A stretch of 64,000 nucleotides of DNA from contig NC_068982.1 in the NCBI RefSeq assembly GCF_001194135.2, positions 12,689,359 to 12,753,358 of the forward strand, in the 5' to 3' direction. A model generated the notes under the pieces. It was not told the origin of the DNA and searched no databases. It saw only the letters and a list, made by a program, of their open reading frames with translations. This DNA is from Octopus bimaculoides. Lineage: Eukaryota. Within the stretch, counting starts at the first letter, position 1. Every line of letters starts with the position of its first letter. The translations under genes and the position numbers were made by a program. Below, piece after piece: positions 11,725 through 24,725 of this stretch.

Positions 11725-12339
11725 TGTATTTAATGATGGTGTTGTTGCTTTCATTAACTTGGATAATAAAGTGACCATGTTATTAAGTTATGATACACAC
11801 GTGTAACTTGCCACTACTTTCCATAGGTAAATCAATACTTACTGCACCATTGCAAATATATAATAACATTGTTATTTTATTCCCAGCAGTTTCCAAGCAT
11901 TACTCTTTCATATGCATATGGTTCTGGGTTCAGTCCCACTACCTGGCACCAAGAGCAAGTGTCTTCTACTATAGCCTCGGGCCAGCCAAAGCCTTCTGAG
12001 TACATTTGATAGATGGAAACTGAAAGAAGTTAGAATACATAAAAATGGGTCTGTTTGTTACGAATTGCGATTCTCACCTTATATAATACTGTTTCTGAAA
12101 CTTTTGGGCAACAATCCACCCCACCAAAAAAATCCTGGATTCCTCACTGCTCCGTGTGAATGAAAGACAAAGTTTATTCCTGATAAGACTGAATTCAGCA
12201 TGGTGCATTATTAAAACAAATAATTCAAAGAAAAATGGTATATTTTCAGGTGGAGCTGCTCATGTATTTGCACAAAAACTTGGTTTCAAATATTCTAAAT
12301 GAAAATTTAAAAAAAATAGTACTCTGCCATTTGTGATGA

Positions 12340-12640
12340 TGAGGGTACCAGTTGATTCAATCAATGGAACAGCCTGCTCATGAAATTAGCATACAAGTGG
12401 CTGAGCACTCCATGGATATGAGTACCCTTAATGTAGATCTCAGGGAGATTCAGTGTAGCACAGAATTTGACAAGGCTGGCCCTTTAGATGCAGGTACAAC
12501 TCAATTTTTGGCAGCTGAGTGGACAGGAGCAACTTGAAATAAAGTGACTTTCTTAAGAACACAACACATCACCAGGAATTGAACTCACAATCTTATGATC
12601 ATGAACAAAATATCTTAACCACTAAGCTACATGCCTTCAC
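12340..12640 (-). mobile_element. tRNA-derived SINE family C
   Basis: On the minus strand: tRNA-like head (GGTTAAGATA...GAGTTCAATTCC), core GTGTTCTTAAGAAAGTCACTT / GTCCACTCAGCTG, and the family C tail (GAGTGCTCAGCCACTTG). Confidence 0.7.
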
Positions 12641-15035
12641 ATCATATATTCTGCATTATTTATATATAGTATAGTTTTATTTAATTTAGATGCATATCAT
12701 TTATTTCCTAAAATGCTGTTTAAATTTGTCTAATAATGTTCAGCACACCTCATCACATCACCTTACTATAAAACATTAAATCTCATTAGCAACTATGTCA
12801 AATCCTCAGTTTTCCTGAGAGCAATGACTAGATCAGATATTTTGATTTTTCTTTTAAGTTTTAGAATAATTGTGACAGTTCCTTTTCCAATGTCGCAGTA
12901 ACCATTTATTATGCTATGATAGTTATAAATATCATTTGATATGGATTTATCAGAAATGAAAAATTAGCTCTTAAACTATTTATTCCTATGTAGATGATTC
13001 CCCATTGTAGCAGTCTTTTGAACAAGGACATTTAAATCATAGTTCATTAATGCATTAGACTGTATAAACACGGCTGAAGGAATTTTATTATGTTATAAAC
13101 AAAGAAAGAAATGTATTGACATTTGTGCAGATTTTCATGAAAATACATGCGTGACATGCACTTAAATTGGAATATATTACCCACTCATAAATAATCCTTA
13201 AAATACTGGAGAAAAAAAAATGCAAAGAAAGAAATTGGCTCTTCAAAGAAAAATGATAGCCATTAACAGAGATAGAAATACTGCTGCTAGTCTGACATTC
13301 TAGCTTATCTGTCTCTAAGGCAGATTGAAGTGCATTAATGAAATGATGGGAACATTTAACGTTACTCTGTATGTTAAACATTAATATAACATTTGATAAA
13401 GCAATACTTTCCAAAGGAGCTAATGGGTTCATATCCTTATAGAATTAACATTATTTCACAAAATAACTGATAAATTTTAGCCGTTGTTTAGTTCATCATC
13501 TGTATTTTTCCCAAATTGTCAATTTATGCTGTCAGAAAGTTCTGGTTTTTTCACTGTTTCCTTTGAATTTTTGCTTTCTTATCTATAAAAAATATTGAAT
13601 ACCACAGCACTTAATTAAAGTCAACCTGGATTCCTTCATTCTGTATTTTATTTATATAATAATTTCTTGTTTTCTTAAAATCTGACTCCAGTTTGTAATT
13701 TAAAAAAAAATATTTCTTCTTTGATTACATAATGTAACTGATGCAGCCAGTCTAGTGCAGGAGTGAGGAATCTTTATAGTACCTGGGGTGGGAATGTATC
13801 TGAGATTTTAAAAACAATAAATATTTAATTTTACAAAAATAAAGGTTTGCAGTTTATATTAAATTATCTTAGTTTTAGCCTTAAGGCTTAAATCGTTTTT
13901 GTTTGTTTGTTTCTTTTTCTCATGCAAGTTTCTAGTGACTTCACCAATGCACCATTTCAAATTTAAATGCAAGCAAAATTTCACTTACGGATGAAGAGTT
14001 CCCTGCCCTTGATCCAAGGGATGGAAAATAATGCTGATGCTAACAAGATTTGAACTCAGTGCAATGAAATGCTAAATTAGATATAAGCAAAGCATCCAAG
14101 TTCTGTTTCCGCAGCTATTTCTTTCCACCCAGTTTTCTGGTCTTTGGCCTCTTGTCTGCTCTGATTATCTAAATCTATGATCAAAAGCATTCCAACCATG
14201 ACCGTTTCATCTTTTTTTTCCAGCATTGTATAATCTTGGATAACATTATTTACTGTTTTCTTTTTTTCAAAGTAGAGTATGATTTGAAGGCTTTCTCACA
14301 GCTATTTCTAGCAGTAGAAGATCCATTAATGGTTACTCCATTTCCTTTGTTTGGTTTCCATGGCTAACTTCTCACATTCACATTATACTAATTATACTAA
14401 TTATATTGTTGCTTCAGTTGTGACATAAATTCTCAGTAATTGCAGCCACAAGAGACCTAAGCTAATATATTTCACTGAAAGAAGTAGTTTAAATTGAACA
14501 AGAAAGAAAATTTAATACTTATATTCTTTTATACTGTAAGCACAAGGCCAGAAATTTTGGGGGAGGTGGGGAGCAGTCGATTAGATCGACTCCGGCATAC
14601 AACTGGTGCTTAATTTATCGGCGGAATTTGAACTCAGAATGTAAAGACAGACAAAAATGTAATACCTATATTGAACATTCTGTTACAGTAATTCTTTTCA
14701 ATTAAGACTGGCCTATATGCATTCCTGTTTGTAACAAACAATTCTATGGCTAATTATTGTCAATTAAATAGTTTTTCAAAAGCATATTTTGGGAGTATGA
14801 GATATTCTGAAATATGTCATTAAAATCAATAATACTGTGTAACCATTTGAATTTTCTTAATTGATGTAACTGGTATGGAACAACACTTGTCTTTACTGAC
14901 CTAATTACTTACTCCCCCAAATCTACGTGTTATGCTGGTAAATTTTGGGTGAAACTTTCTGATTCGGCAGTGAAAATAATCAAAAAAAAGAAAAAATGTA
15001 AGTATTAAGACTGGATTCTCATTGGTATATTAGTA

Positions 15036-15916
15036 CAGGGTGGTCCAGAAATCACTGAGAGGTTTTAATTTTTAATAACTCCGTTATTTTTACAAATATG
15101 TGTATGGAATTTTTATTCAACATAGAGGAGATAATGGAGATTAATTTTCATTCGTCCTTTTACATCATACCTCTGAATTGTATATGAAAAATGACATCTT
15201 TTAAATGGCACCCATTTTCAGCCTCACACTTTATGGGATGCAATTCTCTATGGTGTAGTGCTCTTGGATTCTCAGAGCCCAAAACCAGCAATTTTGTCTG
15301 TTGATGAACCCATTCAAATGTAAAAATGAAAGTAAGCTTCATCAGACACGATCAATTTTTGTGTAAAATGTGGGTCACTTCATGCCAATTCTGGGATTCT
15401 GACAGCGTATTGGAGCCTGTGTTCATAGTCTTGGGGCTTCAACTGTTGAACCAACTGTACCTGTATGGGAAAAGGTAAAACTGCAGAGAACTCTTTGCAA
15501 CGAAGTTTGTGAAATCCCAAGCTTTCTGGACCAACTTGGAGTCAATGTGCCTGGAATCTGTTCAATACTCATTTGTTCCCTTACCTCATCAGTTCTGACA
15601 GTGCGAAGTCTTGCAGATGGTAGGAGATCACTTACTGCCCCTTGTTTTTCAAAATAATGAACTAAGTTCCTAATTGTGTTTTCACTCAGAGAATCTCTCT
15701 CCTGATAATGCTAATGATATGTTTCCTGGGTTTGAATAACTGACCCCTGATTTTGATAGAACAATTTCACCACTTAGGTACATTGTGCGATGCCATATTT
15801 TTCCATAATTAATTTCCAGGACCTGGTTCATAAAATCCCTGAAAAGAAAAAAAACTGTCAAAAAATAAAAGAATTACTAAAAATTGCAATCCCTCAGTAA
15901 CTTTTGGGTCACCCTG
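15036..15916 (-). mobile_element. Internally deleted Tc1/mariner element (DD37D/DD41D-like) with CAGGGTG TIRs
   Basis: TA|CAGGGTGGTCCAGAAATCACTGAG matches the reverse complement of CTCAGTAACTTTTGGGTCACCCTG. Minus-strand translation gives HTH-like text, then KLIVSDEAYFH...NGFINRQNCWFWGSENPRALHHRELHP, then jumps to ENGCHLKDVIFH. Confidence 0.8.
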
Positions 15917-17399
15917 TCTTGGGCTACAATGGCTTAGCCAAACTAAACAACTAATGCTTGCTTAGAATGACAGTAAATAGGGATATATGAATAATAGGTT
16001 GAAAGATTTATCACGATAATACAAACTAGAAATAAAGATACAAGGGTAATCTCAATATAATGACTATTTTGGTTCCAAACATCCAATCGTTAAATGGCAA
16101 ATTAATTCATGATAGAAATGATATTACAATATGCAGTTATATTCTTGACTGTAACTCCTGCTCTGGCAATTCTGAAATAGCCAAATGAGGTTTGTCCTTA
16201 AATTTGCCAGTCATTTTGCTAAGGGAAATGATTAGGTTAAGCACAAGTGAAAGTTTGCTCTCAACAGGAAAATTTTTCTGAGAGTCATTTTACTTGGACT
16301 GCCTTTTGTTTCGTTATTTTTAATTATCTTTTTATTTCTTGTTAATTAATTTTGTGGAAAGACAGACAAATGAAAGGATTTATATTTATTCTATATCCGT
16401 ATATCTTTCTGTAATATCATTTCTGATTGAAAATATTTAATTTTATTTTTCATTTCAGTTCATTTAAATTCATAAACTTTGAGTGTATAACACAGCATTT
16501 TTATTGTATTTGTATGTGTATTTTGTAATGATTGTTCTTGGGATCCCAGTGTTTGTCCAGTAGTGTTCCGTTTCCTTCATGACTTCAAGACTTAGGTGCA
16601 ATATCAGTTCCTTCAGCGGCTCTTCGCAAACTAGCCTATTGATTCTCTCAAATTTGTCCAACAGTGCTGAAACAGTGAATGCAGGCTTCTTCCAATTGTG
16701 CATGGAAAGCTCTGAGTCCAGCTAACGGCAATGTTTTTGTCACAATGTGTGAGCTGTCCTCAAATAACACAGTGCTCAGACCCACATCAAATGCTTTTTC
16801 ATACATTTCTTGTTTTCATCCATTTTCTAAGTTGTAAAGTTAAGTTTTTTCCATAGTCATTTTTCATCATTGAGTCACAGCTTAGTAACTTTTATAGCAA
16901 TGTAAATCTAACCAGAATATGCTGCATTACTTTGCAAAATTAACTAGATTTATAACTATCTTCTCAGTGTTTATTTTCATCAACTATGTTGTGTTAAAAT
17001 ACACCAGATGCAACCAGAAACTGGTTAAATTAGCAGCCTTGAATTAGAAGGCTGAATTAATTAAAAAATTTCAAGGAAAGAGTAGCAAAGAGAATGTGAA
17101 TACAGCATGTGTGTCAAACATCAACATATAAATAACTGAATGATTAAATGAACGAACAAACACTCATGCATTATCAAGACACATTGTAGTAATTAATTAA
17201 ACTTTTAAAGCAACCATTATGAATGTTTAGTATTTGTTTTGCACAATTAACAACAGCAATACCTTGCTTAATGGCTAGTTGCTGAACAATTCTCCACTTT
17301 GATGATACTGTTCAAAAATCATGAAAATGTAAGAATACTTTAACTGAAAAAAGACTTCTTTGAAATAGGTTTTGTGCAAAGATATATGGACACAAGCAT

Positions 17400-17830
17400 C
17401 ATCATCACAAATCATTATCCTCATCAGCATCATTTAAAGTCCATTTTCTATGCTGGCATGGGTTGGAACAGCTTGACAGGAGCTGGCTGGTTGGCTGGGG
17501 TGCTGTCCAGGCTGTAATTTTTTTGCTTTGGCTTGGATTCCATGGTCAGATGCCCTTCCTAATGCCAACCCTTTTACCAAGTGTACTGGGTGCATTTTAG
17601 GTGGCACCATCATGAGTGCTTATAATGTGGCACCCACATGTGTGTTCTTAACATGGCGTTTTCACAAGTGCTATTAATGTGGCACTGGCATGAGTGCTTT
17701 TAATGTGGTACCAGCATAGGTGCTTTTCAACATGGTGTTGGTATGTGTGCCTTTAATGTAACACTGGCACGGGTGTTTTTCTATATGACACCAGCATTGT
17801 TGCTTTTATTTGTGATACTAGCACATAACA
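17400..17830 (-). mobile_element. RTE-type 3' tail with an expanded minisatellite of about 26 bp
   Basis: Tail motifs (ATGCCCTTCCTAATGCCAACC) followed by about 9 diverged units resembling GTGCTTTTAATGTGGCACCAGCATG. Confidence 0.7.
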
Positions 17831-19034
17831 TTCTCAAATCAGGCACAATACACCATCCCGATATACCTTCAAATGTTCTATAGTTATCTTTTAATTGAAT
17901 GATAATGCATGATAATTGAGTGATAAATACAGCAACCAAATTTGAAATCATTGATAATAATCAGTCTAAAAACGGAATAATAAATAGATAACTCACTGTT
18001 ATATAGCAATAGAGAATTTATAATTTAAAAAGTGGAATATAAATGTATGTTTTGATATATCTTTTGTAGTTTAATACATTATATAATTGAAATATCATAA
18101 ATGTGAATATTAAAGAATTAACCAATTGTCAAAATAGTTTAAATCAACTATAATTGAATCCAGATATATTATTTCATATAAATGTCAGATCTATTACTAA
18201 GTGAAAATCATATTTCATAAAGTTCCCTAATATTTTAGAATTAGATAATATTTATATAACTGCTAATAGTGGTTAAAAATATAACACCAGATTCTCAACA
18301 GATAAATCTTTATAACTATACGGCATTTTAATAATATTAATAGTGTTTTTTTTTCTATTGGTAGTCACAACCATTGCAATAAAAACTCAATCGCAAAAAC
18401 AAATGTCTGAAAATTTAAGAATTCATTTTAAACATCAACTTATAATGACTTCCATTTTTATTAAATTATGTTCCAATGTCTTTAAAATAATTTCTTGAAA
18501 GCACTAAATTTTCTATAAGTTTATTTTATTTCAAAAATGATGAGTTATAAGTTATATAAATGCCATAAAAGTATACAATTCGAAATATTTTATGGATACA
18601 TGAGGTCTGTTGAGAAATTAATGAGACTGATGCAAAAGAGAATTTTATTGGAAATTGTTAAATTATATTTTAACTTCATTGCCATCAGTATAACACCATT
18701 CATTTGCAAAGCATCACCTCTATTAATACTTTGAAATTTAGAAACATTCTAAGAAATTATCATTTCTCAAATCCACTGCAGTGTCTACTTCAGCAGTCAT
18801 ATATCCAGATCTTTTAATAATACTTCTTGCTCATACAATTATGTAAGAGGGGGGAAAAATACTTATGTAGTAACTAATCTGGTAAATATGGTACTTGTAG
18901 AAGCACTAGAACATTCCTGATAATGTCTCTAGACCATTGGTTTTCAGATGGAGTCTAAATAAGATTTTGTTGTGAAATTTTCTTGCTATAAATTGGTTAT
19001 ACTTCTGCAAAAAACGAAATATTTTAACAACATA

Positions 19035-19430
19035 GGCACAGGAGTGGCTGTGTGGTAAGTAGCTTGCTTACCAACCACATGGTTCCGGGTTCAGTCCCAC
19101 TGTGTGGCACCTTGGGCAAGTGTCTTCTACTATAGCCTTGGGCCGACCTAAACCTTGTGAGTGGATTTGGCAGACGGAAACTGAAAGAAGCCTGTTGTAT
19201 ATATATATGTATGTATATATGTGTGTGTGTATGTGTGTTTGTATGTGTTTGTCCCCCCAACATAGCTTGACAACCGATGGTGGTGTGTTTACATTACCAT
19301 AACTTAGCAGTTTGGCAAAAAAGACCGATAGAATAAGCACTAGGCTTCCAAAGATTAAGTCCTGAGGTCGATCTGCTCAACTAAAGGCGGTGCTCCAGCA
19401 TGGCCACAGTCAAATGATTGAAAGAAATAG
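19035..19430 (+). mobile_element. SINE family A, full length
   Basis: Same head, core and tail as the other A copies. Confidence 0.9.
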
Positions 19431-19469
19431 AAGAATAAAAAACAAATGCATTATAATCCTGAAATTTTG

Positions 19470-19635
19470 TGGGAAGGGGTCCATTGATTACATGGACCCT
19501 AATGTTCAGCTGGTACTTATTTCATCAACCCTGAAAGGATGAAAGGCAAACATCACCTCAGCAGAATTTGAACCCGAAACAAGCTGAACAAAATATTGCT
19601 AAGCATTTTTGTCCCAGTATGCAAATGGATCTACC
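19470..19635 (-). mobile_element. SINE family B (decayed)
   Basis: Reverse complement of AAATGCTTAGC...GGGTTCAAATTCTGCTGAGG...TTGCCTTTCATCCTTTCAGGG...AAGTACCAG. Confidence 0.7.
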
Positions 19636-19765
19636 AGCTCACCACCTTAATGACTACATTATTACTATTGAACTCTCTCGGAGACAAGGGTTCCAGTTGA
19701 TCTGATCAATGATACAGCCTGCTTGCGAAATTAATGTGCAAGTGGCTGAGCACTCCACAGACATA

Positions 19766-20179
19766 CTCTCTCTTTTACTCTTTTACTTGTTTCAGTCATT
19801 TGACTGTGGCCATGGTGGAGCACCGCCTTTAATCAAACAAATCAACCCCAGGACTTATTCTTTGTAAGCCTAGTACTTATTCTATCGGTCTCTTTTGCCA
19901 AACTGCTAAGTTACGGGGACGTAAACACACCAGCATCAGTTGTCAAGAATGCTGGACGGACAAACACAGACGGACAAACATATGCACACACATGCGTATA
20001 TACATATACATATATACGATGGGCTTCTTTGAGTTTCCATCTACCAAATCGACTCACAAGTCTTTGGTCGGCCCGAGGCTATAGTAGAAGACATTTGCCC
20101 AAGGTGCCACGCAGTGGGACTGAACCTAGAACCATGTGGTTGGTAATCAAGCTACTTACCACACAGCCACTCCTACACC
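19766..20179 (-). mobile_element. SINE family A, full length, nested inside a family C SINE
   Basis: The host SINE C is split at CACTCCACAGACAT|...|ATGTGTACCCTTAACGT (19681-19765 and 20180-20250). Confidence 0.85.
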
Positions 20180-20289
20180 ATGTGTACCCTTAACGTAATT
20201 CTCAGGGAGACTCAGTGTGACATGGAGTGTGACAAGGCCGGCTCTTTAAAAAAGAAGTACAACAGAAATAGAGGTAGAAAGAGCAAGAG

Positions 20290-20463
20290 AAAGATGTGGT
20301 GAAAGAGTACAGCAGGGTTCCCCACCACCCTCTGCCAGAACTTCCTTGAGCTTTAGGTGTTTTCACTCAATCAATAAACACTCACAACACCCAGTCTGGG
20401 AATTGAAACCGCGATCCTACGACTGCGAGTCTGCTGCCCTAACCATTCTGCCATTGCGTCTCC
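20290..20463 (-). mobile_element. Further tRNA-derived SINE head (family F)
   Basis: The minus strand reads TGGAGACGCAATGGCAGAATGGTTAGGGCAGCAGACTCGCAGTCGTAGGATCGCGGTTTCAATTCCC, with A- and B-boxes. Confidence 0.65.
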
Positions 20464-21613
20464 ACACTACATCATAATGAGATTCTAAATATAGCAAGCC
20501 TATTTCACATGCATAACAAATCTTATCTTGACTGATCTGCTGGGATTCTTAGATTTAAATGTTCTCTGTTTACAGTCAAGATAGTTTGATTAAAATTACT
20601 TTTTAGTTTTTCTTTGCTTCACTTTGTGCTGTTAGCTTTATCCATTACTGAATTGATAAAAAATTTTCTTCTCAATGTAGCATATTGGTTTTTCTCAAAA
20701 CTTTTTGATCTCTGATCTTGAACCTCCAGCATTTTTCTTATTCCCTTCCAACAATGGTTTCCATTACATCCCACTATGCTGCATGACACATTGAATTCCT
20801 ATAATTCCATACTAACCATATCATTGATTCTCATCTTTTGGATCACATTCTTTCACATAATTTGTTGTCAATGTCCAAATTTCTTTATATAATTACTGCA
20901 TTAAGAATTACATTTATCATTTTCCTTTAAGTAATTAAACGGTTTGACATTACCAATTATAATTTGTTTCATACCATATTTTATAAAAATTGGTCTGTTC
21001 ATTATGAAAACCAAAATTATTTGGCTAAAACTCTTCAAATTACCTCAAACAATTATAAGCAATCTTTTTGTTGAGCTAAAATATTATTCATAACAGAATT
21101 TATTTGAGTTTTTATTGATTCATAAGCTACAAACTGTAATCTTTATTTATTCAATATATGCACATTTTATAGTACTATGTCAGTTTTGCAACATATTGGC
21201 ATATTGTCAATCAGCCATCAAAGCTATTACAGTTTTTTTTTTCCTTTTACGTCTATTAATGTTGCTATAATCATATGATTTGTGTGTTCCTCTCACTAAT
21301 TATATACTAAACTGGACTGCATTTCTTTACAGTCTTTCTATGATGATATTAAGTCAATAATTTCGTCTTTGCTTTTCATTATTTATTAATTTATTTTGTA
21401 CACATTTTTAATGCACAAATGTTTGAATGATTTTAAGCAGTTATAATTATATCAAATCGTTCATTCTCAGTTTCTCTGTGTATATGTGTGTGTAATAAGG
21501 ATGCTGGTGGCGGCGTCATCGTCGTCATCGTCATCATCAACGTCATCACCATCATCGTTGTTCATCATCATCATCATTTAATGTCTGCTTTTGGTGCTGG
21601 CATGGATTGTTGT

Positions 21614-21614
<1 letters not shown>

Positions 21615-21649
<35 letters not shown>

Positions 21650-21780
21650 GAATGATGATGATGATAAAGATGATGACAATAATGATGCTGACAAAAATGA
21701 GGATAATGACGATGATGATGAGGATGATGATGATAAAGATGATGACGATGATGATGCTGGCAACAATGATGATGATGATA

Positions 21781-21818
<38 letters not shown>

Positions 21819-21955
21819 AAAGATGATGACGATGATGCTGACAACAATGATGATGATGATAATGATGATGATGAGGAGGAGGGGGATGATAAAGATGATG
21901 ACGATGATGATGCTGACAACAATGATGATGATGATGATGATGATGACGATGATAC
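21615..21955. repeat. Compound (GAT)n microsatellite with a higher-order repeat
   Basis: Four recurrences of GATAAAGATGATGAC..GATGCTG(A/G)CAA(C/A)AAT separated by variable (GAT)n. Confidence 0.85.
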
Positions 21956-22299
21956 CAATTATGCCGCTGCCACAGCTGTCATAACCAGTGACAGTGGCAA
22001 CAATGACAATAACAACAAAGATGACAATGCCTCTACATGTCTTCCCTGTATCCTTCATCTGTTTACCTGGTGCTTTTGGTAATAGAATATTATATGATGT
22101 GATAGATGGAACCGACTTTATGACTGTGTTGCTCAGAGGGGAGAAAGGTGGAAACAGCTTACATTTGAAGGTTTTCTCAAACTGGAGAGATTGGTGATGA
22201 TGTTTAGCTTGAGCATCTGTTAAATTGATATTTTCGAGAAAAATATAGGCACAGAGTTACTCCATGAGGATTGCAGTTGCAAGAATACCCTCTTACTCT

Positions 22300-22519
22300 C
22301 TCTCTCTCTTTTACTTGTTTCAGTCATTTGACTGCAGCCATGCTGGGGCACCATCTTTAGTCGAGCAAATCAACCCCAGGACTTATTCTTTGTAAGCCTA
22401 GTACTTATTCTATCGGTCTCTTTTTGCCGAACCGCTAAGTGACGGGAACGTAAACACACCAGCATCGGTTGCCAAGCGAAGTTGGAGGGATAAACACAGA
22501 CACACAAGCATATACACAC

Positions 22520-22578
<59 letters not shown>

Positions 22579-22625
22579 TATATATGACGGGCTTCTTTCA
22601 GTTTCCATCTACCAAATCCACTGAT
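22300..22625 (-). mobile_element. SINE family A, 5'-truncated
   Basis: Tail, internal (TA)n and the core as far as CTACCAAATCCA. Confidence 0.85.
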
Positions 22626-22928
22626 TGAACAAAATGTTGAGTACAATTTTGGGGAGATGAAACTCAGTATGGGTGACTTGAGGAAGAATAAACAAATCTG
22701 TAGAAAGGATTATAAAGCATTCATTTTTTTGTTGTACAATCAAAAGATAACTGGAACTTTACTGTTTATGATGATGAGGGTTCCAGTTGATCCAATTGAT
22801 GGAACAGCCAGTTTATGAAATTAACATGCAAGTGGCTGAGCACTCCACAGACACGTTTAGCATTAATGTAGTTCTCAGGGAGATTCAGCATGTGACAAAG
22901 CTGGCCCTTTGAAATATGGGTGCTACAT

Positions 22929-23649
22929 GAGGTGGTGAAACATGACCTTCAAATGAGTCTCACAGAGGCGATGACAAGAGACCCAGACCTCTGGAGATGT
23001 ACTGTGAATGAGAAGACCCAGCAAGTAAAATGAGATCACAGCCATAGCCTATGCCAGTGCCGCATAACCAGCCCATTTAAAAAGTACCTTTGAATCGTCA
23101 GGTGACACACCGTGCTTGAGGAGGCTTATTGAGTCAAGTGAAATCAAAAATCAAAATCACAATCAGAATCTCAATCACATCGAAATCAAAAATGGAAATT
23201 GAAGTTGTGGCCGATGCCACTACCACCCTACTGGCTCCCATGCTGGTGGCACACAATTAGCACCATTCATGCGTAGGTCATTGCCAGTGCTGCCTGACTG
23301 GCTCCCATGCTGGTGACACATAAAAAGCACCATCCGAATGTAGTCGATGCTAGCCCCCACCCCCACTGCCACTCCAACTGACTCCTGTGCGGGTGGCACA
23401 TAAAAAGCACCATCTGAACATGACTGATGCCAGTGCTGCCTGACTGGCTCTCATGCCAGTGGCACATAAAAAGCACTCACTACACTCTCGGAGTGGTTGG
23501 CATTAGGAAGGGCATCCAGCTGTAGAAACATTGCCATATCAGATTGGAGCCTGGCACAGCCTCCTGGCTTGCCAATCCTCAGTCAAAATGTCCAACCCCT
23601 GCCAGCATGGAAAACAGACGTTAAACGATGTTGATGATGATGATGATGA
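22929..23649 (+). mobile_element. RTE-like LINE 3' end: ORF2 C-terminus plus 3' UTR with tandem units
   Basis: Translates as EVVKHDLQ...LTEAMTRDPDLWRCTVNEKT. The UTR has four GG(T)GGCACATAAAAAGCAC-type units and the (GAT)n tail. Confidence 0.75.
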
Positions 23650-23664
23650 GAGGACTAGTTAAAA

Positions 23665-24140
23665 AGTAAAGTTATCTTTTCGAGTCATGTCGACTCATAA
23701 GGGGCCAGTTTCTTGGTTTCATGGCATATAACTTCCCCACCTGGACAGGATGCTGGTCTGTCTCAGGATTGCTCATTTTGCCAGCTGAGTGGACTGGAGT
23801 AATGCGTTGCCCAGAGCAGGAATCGAACCCACAATCTTACAATCATGAGTCCAACACCCTAACCACTAAGCCACACACTTCCACCTAAAGATAAAGTTAC
23901 ATTCTTGAGCCATACAGGTTCATAAGGGCTGGTTCCTTGGTTTCATGGCGTATTTATTTCCTACTTGAACAGGACACCAGCCCATCACAGTATTACTCAT
24001 TTTTGCCAGTGGAGTTGACAGAGCAATGTGGAGTGAAGTGTTTTGCTTAAGAACACAACACATTGCCTGGTCCCGGAATTGAAGCCACAACCTTATGATC
24101 ATGAATCCAACATCTTAACCACTAAGCGACATGCCTCCAT
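23665..24140 (-). mobile_element. Two adjacent copies of SINE family D (head and core as in C, different 3' tail)
   Basis: About 23665-23885 and 23890-24140. Both have TCATTTTTGCCAG...GGAAT(C/T)GAA...TAACCACTAAGC on plus, and a tail AAAGTTA..TTCT/TTTCGAGTCAT. Confidence 0.7.
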
Positions 24141-24409
24141 ACCTGAGAGGACTGGAGCAACATGAAAAAAAGTGCCTTGCGCCAGGTAGATAACTAGCTA
24201 GATTAAAAGATTAAAAGATTATAGTCACTGTAGAAAAGACTGAGATAGGAAATATAACATCTGTGAGTTACAGGTTGCTGTGTGTTGATAAGCGAGTCTT
24301 TGTCAACAAGATTATGGAAGCTATGTTTAAAGACCTTAAGCACAACTTGCTCCCTTCAGTTATCTATGGTTCATTCAAGTGCCTGAGCCCTAGACATCAC
24401 AGCCGGGTG

Positions 24410-24605
24410 AAATGCTTAGTGATATTTCATCTGCAGTTATGTTCTGAGTTCAAATTCTGCCAAGGTCAACTTTACCTTTCATCCTTTTGGGGTCGATTAA
24501 ATAAGTGCCAGTTATGCACTGAGGTCGACGTAATCGACTTAAACCCTTTGTCTGTCCTTGTTTGTCCCCTCCATGTTTAGCCCCCCCCTGTGGGCAATAA
24601 AGAAA
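24410..24605 (+). mobile_element. SINE family B
   Basis: AAATGCTTAG..GTTCTGAGTTCAAATTCTGCC..CATCCTTTTGGGGTCG..TAATCGACTT...CCCCTGTGGGCAATAAAGAAATAAA. Confidence 0.8.
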
Positions 24606-24725
24606 TAAATATGCAAGTAATGGAATACTCCACAGACACATGTACACTCAATATGATTCTCAGGGAGATTCGTCATGACACAGAACATGATAAAGCTGAC
24701 CCTCTGAAATACAGGTACTATTCAT

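Noticed and set aside
13088-13432. 114-aa minus-strand ORF
   Set aside because: No motif is recognised, it runs through a polypyrimidine tract and its composition is intron-like.
17600-17830. Short regularly spaced repeats as a possible CRISPR-like array
   Set aside because: These are diverged tandem units of the RTE 3' UTR motif with no spacers.
21552-22082. Poly-D/M/S/I ORFs in several frames
   Set aside because: The (GAT)n microsatellite has no stops in most frames, and there is no independent coding evidence.
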